This document shows positions 57,642 to 64,000 of a DNA stretch of 64,000 bases, one piece after another. A program made the translations under genes and the position numbers. How positions within the stretch are numbered: the stretch's first letter is position 1; each line of letters starts with the position of its first letter. The notes below the pieces were generated by a model that made no database searches, was not told where the DNA came from, and saw only the letters and a program-made list of their open reading frames with translations. Origin of the DNA: an uncultured bacterium (lineage in GTDB: Bacteria > Patescibacteriota > Minisyncoccia > Phycocordibacterales > CAIRYW01); NCBI GenBank assembly GCA_963766885.1, contig CAVYBO010000002.1, positions 22,014 to 86,013 of the forward strand, written 5' to 3'.

Positions 57642-58061
57642 TTAACGTTTACTCCACTGAGGAGCCTTGCGGGCTTTTTTGAGACCGAATTTACGTCGTT
57701 CTTTTGCGCGAGCGTCTCGGCGAAGCATCCCCTCTTTCTTTAGAGTTCCTCTTACGTTTGGAGTTTCTTTAACCAAGGCTCTGGCGATACCAAGCATCAC
57801 AGCTTCTGCTTGAGAATTCATTCCTCCGCCAGAAACCTGCACAGATACAGAGATTTTGCTTTCAAGTTTTTTGATAGGACTTTCAACACTGTGCTGATGC
57901 TCTTTGACAGGAAAATATTCAGCAAGCGGTCTGTTGTTGATTATAATTCCGCCTTTTTCCTTGGAAATGCGGACTCTTGCGATTGAAGTTTTTCTTCTTC
58001 CAACAGCTTCAATGTAAGTCCCTTTTTCGCCATGAGTTTTTGTTGTAATTTTTGTAGGCAT
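57642..58061 (-). CDS. rpsI: 30S ribosomal protein S9
   Basis: GRRKTSIARV and ERRKFGLKKARKAPQWSKR motifs. Confidence 0.98.
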   Translation of the reverse strand: MPTKITTKTHGEKGTYIEAVGRRKTSIARVRISKEKGGIIINNRPLAEYFPVKEHQHSVESPIKKLESKISVSVQVSGGGMNSQAEAVMLGIARALVKETPNVRGTLKKEGMLRRDARAKERRKFGLKKARKAPQWSKR

Positions 58062-58073
58062 ATTTTTTCCCTT

Positions 58074-58418
58074 TTAATCCTGGATTTTTAAATTCTTAAT
58101 CATTAGTGAACGCAATTTGTTTTTTGGGAGCATTCCATAAACGGCTTTTTTCAAGACTTCAGATACGCCTTTATTAGTTTTTACAGTTTCCAAAGTTTCG
58201 ACTTTAAGTCCTCCAGGATAGCCAGAATACCTTTTGTATGTTTTTTCTTTAGACTTTTTTTCTGTTATAGAAAGTTTTGAAGCATTTTCAATTGATACGG
58301 AAACCACAGAAACCTTATTTCTTGCAAAATCTGATTTTGCCTTTCCCATCAAAAGTGCCGCGGCTTCGCTTGCCACCCTGCCTATCTTTTTATTTGTTGC
58401 GTCTATTGTGTATTTCAT
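58074..58418 (-). CDS. rplM: 50S ribosomal protein L13 (short form)
   Basis: IDA..GRVAS, YSGYPGGLK, AVYGMLPKNKL motifs. Confidence 0.95.
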   Translation of the reverse strand: MKYTIDATNKKIGRVASEAAALLMGKAKSDFARNKVSVVSVSIENASKLSITEKKSKEKTYKRYSGYPGGLKVETLETVKTNKGVSEVLKKAVYGMLPKNKLRSLMIKNLKIQD

Positions 58419-58435
58419 CAGTTTAGTTCTACTTG

Positions 58436-58792
58436 TTATAGTCCTACAAATTCAATTTTCGCCATTGGGGCTGCATCCCCCATTCTTTTTGGAAGTTTGA
58501 TAATTCTGGTATAGCCGCCCTTTCTTTCTGATAGCTTCATTGCGATTTCTTCTGTTAATTTTTTAACGACAATTTTATTTGAAAAATTTGATTCAAGGAC
58601 TTTCTTTGAAGCAATGTCATTTTTGATTGCTTTTGTAACCATCTTTTCTATGAAAGGTCTAAGCGCCTTTGCCTTCGGTTCTGTTGTTTTGATTGATTTC
58701 TGGTCAATTAAGGCAACTGCCAGGCTTTTGAATAAAGCATTCCTGACATTTCTTTTCCTATTGAATTTTTTGTTTTTACTACCGTGTCTCAT
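58436..58792 (-). CDS. rplQ: 50S ribosomal protein L17
   Basis: MRH, IKTT..KAKALR, GGYTRIIK motifs. Confidence 0.97.
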   Translation of the reverse strand: MRHGSKNKKFNRKRNVRNALFKSLAVALIDQKSIKTTEPKAKALRPFIEKMVTKAIKNDIASKKVLESNFSNKIVVKKLTEEIAMKLSERKGGYTRIIKLPKRMGDAAPMAKIEFVGL

Positions 58793-58796
58793 TTTA

Positions 58797-59741
58797 TTAT
58801 TTTAAATCCATACCGAGTCCTTTTAAAATAGTTTTTATTTCTTTTATTCCTTTTGTGCCTAACCCGTCAATTTCTGATAAATCCTTTTCTTTTTTTCTGG
58901 CCAAGCCGCCCACGGTTCGAATGTTTGCTCCGATTAATGCATTTATTGTTCTCTGCGACATATCTGCAGACTCAATTCTTGTTTTCATTATTTCATCCAT
59001 TTCTTCCTTATTAACTGATTTTTCTTCAGGTTTTGTTTCTTCTTCTTTTTCTTCAACAAATCCGACAATAGCCTTCAATTGTTCGATCATAATTCGGATT
59101 GAATTCTCAAGGGCCTCTTTTGGAGAGATTGTTCCATCTGTTTCAATAAAAATTCTGAGTTTATTAAAGTCGGTGCGATTACCAACTCGCATGTTTTCCA
59201 CATCATATCCTACTCTTCTAATAGGGCTAAATATTGCATCCATAGCGATTGTTCCGATATCAACTCTTTCCTTTTGGACTGCTTCTTTTGGAAGGTACCC
59301 GAGGCCTTTTTCAACTCTGATTTCAATGTCAAGATCAGTTCCTTTTTCGGTGATTTCAGCAATGTGCAGGTCGCCATTTATGATTTCAATCTGTCCTGGA
59401 ATTTTGATATCGGAAGCTTTGATTTTTTTCTCACCGGAAACTTTAAGGGTCAAGCTTTGGGGTTCATCAGTGAGCATTTTCATTCTTAATTTTTTAAGAT
59501 TCAGAATTATTGTTATTACATCCTCCTTAACACCCTTGATGGTTGAAAATTCATGATTAACTCCTTTGATCTTAATTGAAGTTATTGCCGCTCCCTCGAT
59601 TGATGAAATGATAATTCTTCGAAGTGAGTTGCCTAAAGTATGTCCGTATCCCGGATATAGACCGTCAATTTCATAGGTACCAGAAATAGCATCTTCCTTG
59701 ATGATTTTTGGTTTTGATGGGATTAGGATTTTTGTGTTCAT
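58797..59741 (-). CDS. rpoA: RNA polymerase alpha subunit
   Basis: GYGHTLGNSLRR, HEFSTIKGVKED, DAIFSPI motifs. Confidence 0.98.
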   Translation of the reverse strand: MNTKILIPSKPKIIKEDAISGTYEIDGLYPGYGHTLGNSLRRIIISSIEGAAITSIKIKGVNHEFSTIKGVKEDVITIILNLKKLRMKMLTDEPQSLTLKVSGEKKIKASDIKIPGQIEIINGDLHIAEITEKGTDLDIEIRVEKGLGYLPKEAVQKERVDIGTIAMDAIFSPIRRVGYDVENMRVGNRTDFNKLRIFIETDGTISPKEALENSIRIMIEQLKAIVGFVEEKEEETKPEEKSVNKEEMDEIMKTRIESADMSQRTINALIGANIRTVGGLARKKEKDLSEIDGLGTKGIKEIKTILKGLGMDLK

Positions 59742-59801
59742 ATTTTTATATTTTAGACGAATTTATAAAGTGTTAATAAAATTAATCAAATAAGAATTAA
59801 A

Positions 59802-60401
59802 CTATCTTCTGTAATATTCAAATACGGCTGACAAATCGTAAAATTCCTGGACAGGATCATAATGCGGAATACCATCCACAGAAACTCGTTTGCTTTTTCC
59901 GTCAATCTTGAGCCACGGTTGTTTAGCGGTTTCCTTAATTCTTTCTTCAATATTTATAAATGTGGATTTTTCAGAGCTCTCTTTTCTTATTGAAATAACA
60001 TCACCTGTTGAAACCCTAAAAGATGGAATGTTTACTTTTTTGTTATTAACTTTGATGTGTCCGTGAGACACAAACTGTCTTGCCTGTTGTCTTGTAGAAG
60101 CAAGTCCTGATCTATAAACTGTGTTATCCAACCTAGACTCTAAGGCTTCGTATAAACTCTGATTTTGGTCCTTGCCTTTTTTTAAAACATTTTTGACATA
60201 ATTTTTGAACTGCTTGTCGCTTATACCGTATGTAAATCTTACTTTTTGTTTTTCAATAAGCTGCGCTCCATATCCGCTTCTTGGTCTTGAAAACTTAACT
60301 ATCCTTCTTTCTGCACGCGCTTGGTATTTTGGAGTTTGAGTTTTATCAAACACTCCGGCTCCAAGTCTTCTTGCTATTTTGTATTTTGGTCCAATTTTCA
60401 T
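59802..60401 (-). CDS. rpsD: 30S ribosomal protein S4
   Basis: EKQKVRFTYG, LESRLDN, ARQFVSHGH motifs. Confidence 0.97.
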   Translation of the reverse strand: MKIGPKYKIARRLGAGVFDKTQTPKYQARAERRIVKFSRPRSGYGAQLIEKQKVRFTYGISDKQFKNYVKNVLKKGKDQNQSLYEALESRLDNTVYRSGLASTRQQARQFVSHGHIKVNNKKVNIPSFRVSTGDVISIRKESSEKSTFINIEERIKETAKQPWLKIDGKSKRVSVDGIPHYDPVQEFYDLSAVFEYYRR

Positions 60402-60418
60402 ATATTTTTATACTCGCT

Positions 60419-60850
60419 TTATACTCTTCGGGGTTTAGCCGGTCTTGGTCCGTTATGAGGCACAGGTGTCATGTCTTTGATGGCAGAAATTTCAAAGGGG
60501 CCTTTTGATATAAAGCCCCTGATTGATGATTCTCTTCCAGATCCTACTCCTTTGACAACAACTGTTACCTGCTTCATTCCCATTGCCTGCGCCTTTTCGC
60601 CGATAACTTCTCCAACTTTTGCCGCTGCAAACGGTGTACCTTTCTTTGCTCCTTTAAATCCCATATTTCCGCTTGTGCCCCAAGCTAGGGTGTTCCCTTT
60701 TCCGTCAGACAGGGTAAGAATAGTGTTGTTGTATGTCGATTGAATATTTAAAATGCCAATATCAGCTCGTTTTTTAGATAAAGCAGAAGAAGGCTGTTTT
60801 GAGCCGTCCTTTGAATTTGATTCGTTTTTTACAATTCGTTTTTTGCCCAT
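60419..60850 (-). CDS. rpsK: 30S ribosomal protein S11
   Basis: GFKGAKKGTPFAA and DMTPVPHNG motifs. Confidence 0.97.
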   Translation of the reverse strand: MGKKRIVKNESNSKDGSKQPSSALSKKRADIGILNIQSTYNNTILTLSDGKGNTLAWGTSGNMGFKGAKKGTPFAAAKVGEVIGEKAQAMGMKQVTVVVKGVGSGRESSIRGFISKGPFEISAIKDMTPVPHNGPRPAKPRRV

Positions 60851-60871
60851 ATTAAATTTATTTCTACTATT

Positions 60872-61249
60872 TTACTTTTTATCAGCCTTTTTTCTGCCGC
60901 TACCCATGGTTTTCTTTGGTCCTTTGAGCGTTCTAGCGTTTGTTTTAGTACGCTGACCTCTGACAGGCAGTCTTCTTGTGTGTCTTACACCTCTGTAACA
61001 TTTGATTTCTTTCAAGCGTTTTATATTTCCGGAAACCTCTCTGCGAAGATCACCTTCAAGTTTGTATAATTCAACAGCTTTTCGGACTTTGTTTTCCTCG
61101 TCAGTGGTTATTTCTCCTGGTTTTTTTGAATGTTCAATGCCAGAGCTTGAAAGTATTGCTTGGGCTCTCGGTCTTCCAATGCCGTATATAGCTGTAAGAG
61201 CGATGTCAATTCTTTTATTATCTGGTATTGTTATGCCTAAAATTCTCAT
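60872..61249 (-). CDS. rpsM: 30S ribosomal protein S13
   Basis: ALTAIYGIG and LPVRGQRTKTNART motifs. Confidence 0.98.
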   Translation of the reverse strand: MRILGITIPDNKRIDIALTAIYGIGRPRAQAILSSSGIEHSKKPGEITTDEENKVRKAVELYKLEGDLRREVSGNIKRLKEIKCYRGVRHTRRLPVRGQRTKTNARTLKGPKKTMGSGRKKADKK

Positions 61250-61272
61250 TTTGTTATTTATTTACCATGTTT

Positions 61273-61389
61273 TTACCCTTGTCTTTGGTTATGCCTTTTG
61301 TCTGCTTTGCACACGACTCTTACAACACCGTTTCTTCTAACGACGATGCATTTCGGGCACATTTTTTTTACAGATGCTTTGACTTTCAT
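61273..61389 (-). CDS. rpmJ: 50S ribosomal protein L36 (zinc-ribbon type)
   Basis: Below the ORF-track cutoff. Manual translation: [38 protein letters not shown]. Confidence 0.97.
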   Translation of the reverse strand: MKVKASVKKMCPKCIVVRRNGVVRVVCKADKRHNQRQG

Positions 61390-61447
61390 AAAAATAAAAA
61401 GTAAGCACAAATATACCAGAATAGCCTTTTAAAGTCAAAGGTTTTTG

Positions 61448-61660
61448 CTAGTATCTTCGCACTATCCTTGCTTTGCCGCCATATGGATCCATAACAAGAT
61501 CTACCTTGTCCCCAATCAACACCTTGATCCTATTAAGCCTCATTTTGCCGGCAAGATACGCTAAGATTATTTCTCCTCCCTCAAGCTCGACTCTGAAAAG
61601 CGTGTCAGGTAGTGCCTCTACGACAGTCCCTGGTGTAATCTCTTTGTCTTTATTGCTCAT
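61448..61660 (-). CDS. infA: Translation initiation factor IF-1
   Basis: GTVVEALPDTLFRV and AGKMRLNRIKVLIGDKV motifs. Confidence 0.97.
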   Translation of the reverse strand: MSNKDKEITPGTVVEALPDTLFRVELEGGEIILAYLAGKMRLNRIKVLIGDKVDLVMDPYGGKARIVRRY

Positions 61661-61706
61661 GAAATGGATTAAAACATTCTACACCAATTTTGATTATAGG
61701 GCAAAT

Positions 61707-62978
61707 CTATTTTATATTAATACTTATTTTACTGCTGTCATCTGGGATTTTAAGTTTCCAAATCGGTGTCAAGTTGATGCGCACAGTATCAACTCCAGGA
61801 ATATTTTGCACTGCTTGAAGCGCATCTTCTTTAGATTTACCCAAGGCGGCTTTTAAAACATCTGCTGGATTTATCGCGGCATCAATAGTCAAGCTGCCAT
61901 TCAAATCCATTGTAAGAGTGCTTGAGGCTTCGTTGTAAGATATTGTCTTTAGGTTTGAACTTAAAACTTTTACATCAGAATTTGAGAAAGGGTCATTTTG
62001 CGTTTCAGAAGATATGCTTTCAAAAATACTTTTAGCGTCCAAAGCGTAGGCTGTGATTGTTCCAGACATCTCTAAGTTTAGGCCGTCGGTGCTGGTGGCG
62101 GAAGTGCTGGTTGAAAAGTTTATTTGGTATGCTCCGTCGGGAATAACAAATTTTCCAGGAAGTTGTTTTGAAATTTTACTGGTCAAATCCGTTGCAATTT
62201 TGTTTTCAAGATTGGTTGATGCTGAATTCATTGAATCTGAGTCAACAACCGGCACAGTTCCGATTTCTCCTCCGGCAAGCGGCGTTTTGGATCTTGCGTA
62301 AATCTCAGTGTATTTGGATGTTCCCTTGAACGCCACAACATTCAGATCTATCAGTCCTTCATTATATTTGCTTCCCGGCTGATCTGCTGTTACGGCTGCT
62401 GTAATGCTTCCTGGAATGGTTTTTCCTCCGCTTATTGTTCTTGCCGGAACTGTTACTTCTGAATTTAATCTGAATATCAAGCCGTCAGAATCTGAATTCT
62501 CAAATCGAGTTGTTTTGATTAGTGTTTGCGATGAACTAGTGTTGTTATAAATAACAATTTGCCCTGAAGCGCTGGTTGAAACTTCTTTTTGGCTGGTTCC
62601 GGGAATAAATGTGCCGTTTTGTTCTGATAAAGTTACTACGGAATATCCGATTTCTCCTGTGCCGGGATTTTGTTTTGCTGTAATATTTTGCGGAACATCA
62701 AAAGTTACCTGCTTTGTTCCGACATCAATTGACGCATTGCCAAATACAGCAGTAACAACAAAAAATAAAACAATGACAGCAATTGTGGCTATTATCCAAA
62801 TGGACTTTATATGCTTTTTAGGATTATCCGGAAATTCTCTGTCGTTTTCAAATTTTTTTATAGGAATTTCGATGTCCTCACTTTTTGGTTTGCGAGGCTC
62901 AATGCGCGGTGGTATCGGAATGTTTCTAATTGTTCGGAGCTCTTTTTTTGGGACTATGTCTCTAATTTCTTTTTTCAT
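61707..62978 (-). CDS. Single-TM protein with large extracellular baseplate-J-like beta domain
   Basis: TM at about residue 60; ASGQIVIYN..L...TRF, ADQPGSKYN, GG motifs. Confidence 0.6.
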   Translation of the reverse strand: MKKEIRDIVPKKELRTIRNIPIPPRIEPRKPKSEDIEIPIKKFENDREFPDNPKKHIKSIWIIATIAVIVLFFVVTAVFGNASIDVGTKQVTFDVPQNITAKQNPGTGEIGYSVVTLSEQNGTFIPGTSQKEVSTSASGQIVIYNNTSSSQTLIKTTRFENSDSDGLIFRLNSEVTVPARTISGGKTIPGSITAAVTADQPGSKYNEGLIDLNVVAFKGTSKYTEIYARSKTPLAGGEIGTVPVVDSDSMNSASTNLENKIATDLTSKISKQLPGKFVIPDGAYQINFSTSTSATSTDGLNLEMSGTITAYALDAKSIFESISSETQNDPFSNSDVKVLSSNLKTISYNEASSTLTMDLNGSLTIDAAINPADVLKAALGKSKEDALQAVQNIPGVDTVRINLTPIWKLKIPDDSSKISINIK

Positions 62979-64000
62979 TTCAAAATGTTACCCATATTAT
63001 AAACCCAAAAATCGTTTTTGATAAATACCTGAACAAAGTCTTTGGTGCCATTTCTGTTGATATAAGGATCATTCAAAATTCCAAGCCAAATCTTCTGTTC
63101 TTCTGCTGGCGCAATAACTGCCACCGAATCAATATTTCTTGAAGTTTCCTTTAAGCATTCAAAAAAGCCGTCTTTAATGATTTTTACAACAAATGACTTA
63201 GCCTGATCTAATATTTTTTCAATTTCCTGCTTTTTGCTTTCTTCCAAATGTCCTTCTAAGAACATTTTTATCATTGATTCCGCAGAATTGGAATCCTTTA
63301 TTTTGTTATTTTCCAAAAGAGTTCGCAGAAAGTAGTTTTTTCCAACTGGCGCGGATAACGATTTAATGACAGTTCTCTTTTCGATTAGGCAAATATCGGT
63401 GATTTCATCCTCAGGAATTAAAAGTATAAATTGCTCAGCAGAAATTTTGTCTGCAATGGTCTGCGCGCAAAGCGTAGGCAACGTGGTAAAAGTATTTGGC
63501 AAGAAAAAGAAACTTTCCAATTCCTTTTTGATTTTTGAAATAAATATAGGATCAACCAGATTGAATATTGCTTCGGCGGATATCACAGAGGCCTTTTTGC
63601 CAGAAAGAGCTTTGATTTTGTAGCCATTGGCTTTGATCCAAATCAGCTGCTTTTCGATAACTTGGAGGTTTGGGTTAAGTTTGGAGTTTTCTTTTTCAAG
63701 CTCGGCTATTATTTCTGAGTCGTTAATGAATGAAGATTTGTTTTTCTTGATTCTTATTTCAATATTTGAAGATGTGTACCAAGCAGCTCCGATAACAAAC
63801 ACTATTTTTTCAGGGTGAAAATTATTTTGGTTACAAGCAGAAGAAATCTCAGGTAATAATTTTCGGAGCGTTTTGAAAAATTCTTTTTCTAATTCCTTCG
63901 AATTCGGCTCACTGATAAAATCAAAATCTTTCTCTGTATAAAAAATAAGTTTTGGTTCACGACGCGCTCGGACATCCAAAACAGCGGCCTTGATATGCCC
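62975..64000 (-). CDS. Divergent FtsA/PilM-like actin-fold protein (5' end beyond window)
   Basis: Frame is open to the window edge. ANGY, EITDI..I..S.S.PVG.N motifs; overlaps the downstream gene by 4 nt. Confidence 0.5.
   Translation of the reverse strand, partial: GHIKAAVLDVRARREPKLIFYTEKDFDFISEPNSKELEKEFFKTLRKLLPEISSACNQNNFHPEKIVFVIGAAWYTSSNIEIRIKKNKSSFINDSEIIAELEKENSKLNPNLQVIEKQLIWIKANGYKIKALSGKKASVISAEAIFNLVDPIFISKIKKELESFFFLPNTFTTLPTLCAQTIADKISAEQFILLIPEDEITDICLIEKRTVIKSLSAPVGKNYFLRTLLENNKIKDSNSAESMIKMFLEGHLEESKKQEIEKILDQAKSFVVKIIKDGFFECLKETSRNIDSVAVIAPAEEQKIWLGILNDPYINRNGTKDFVQVFIKNDFWVYNMGNILK

Noticed and set aside
58855-59556. Long antisense ORFs in the track (233 aa opposite rpoA, and many similar ones such as 193..543, 5329..5838 and 24129..24497)
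   Set aside because: Shadows of well-conserved genes on the opposite strand, with no motifs of their own.
1-64000. CRISPR array, rRNA, prophage or alternative genetic code (TGA=Gly)
   Set aside because: No regularly spaced repeats, rRNA-like blocks or phage structural cluster seen; conserved genes are full length under code 11.

Overview
Chromosomal segment of an AT-rich bacterium using genetic code 11. The gene repertoire points to Patescibacteria/CPR (Parcubacteria-like): two mreB paralogs, a short ProRS without editing insert, an archaeal-type AspRS, and DUF2914-like and baseplate-J-like/FtsA-like proteins. This assignment is inference. Most of the window is housekeeping: murA, mreBCD-pbp2, a split dcw cluster, six aminoacyl-tRNA synthetases plus a frameshifted proS, dnaB/recR/scpAB, grpE-dnaK-dnaJ and the infA-rpmJ-rpsM-K-D-rpoA-rplQ-rplM-rpsI operon. 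The strongest candidate for a novel system is a tightly coupled six-gene operon at 43573-50834 (-). It encodes a PaaK-like adenylating ligase, a PLP enzyme, a Rv1355c/OxzB-type ThiF enzyme, a nitroreductase, a 7TM histidine kinase and a stand-alone 7TM protein, and looks like a small-molecule (possibly oxazolone-type) signal synthase plus receptor. Other notable items are an unassigned ~270-330 nt highly structured ncRNA candidate (18522-18855), a PEP-CTERM protein beside an IS481, a possible arrest-peptide ORF upstream of dnaK, a structured leader with a likely non-AUG start on a lysozyme-like gene, a dispersed covarying hairpin repeat, and pervasive leaderless promoters. All calls come from reading motifs by eye; no database searches were run.
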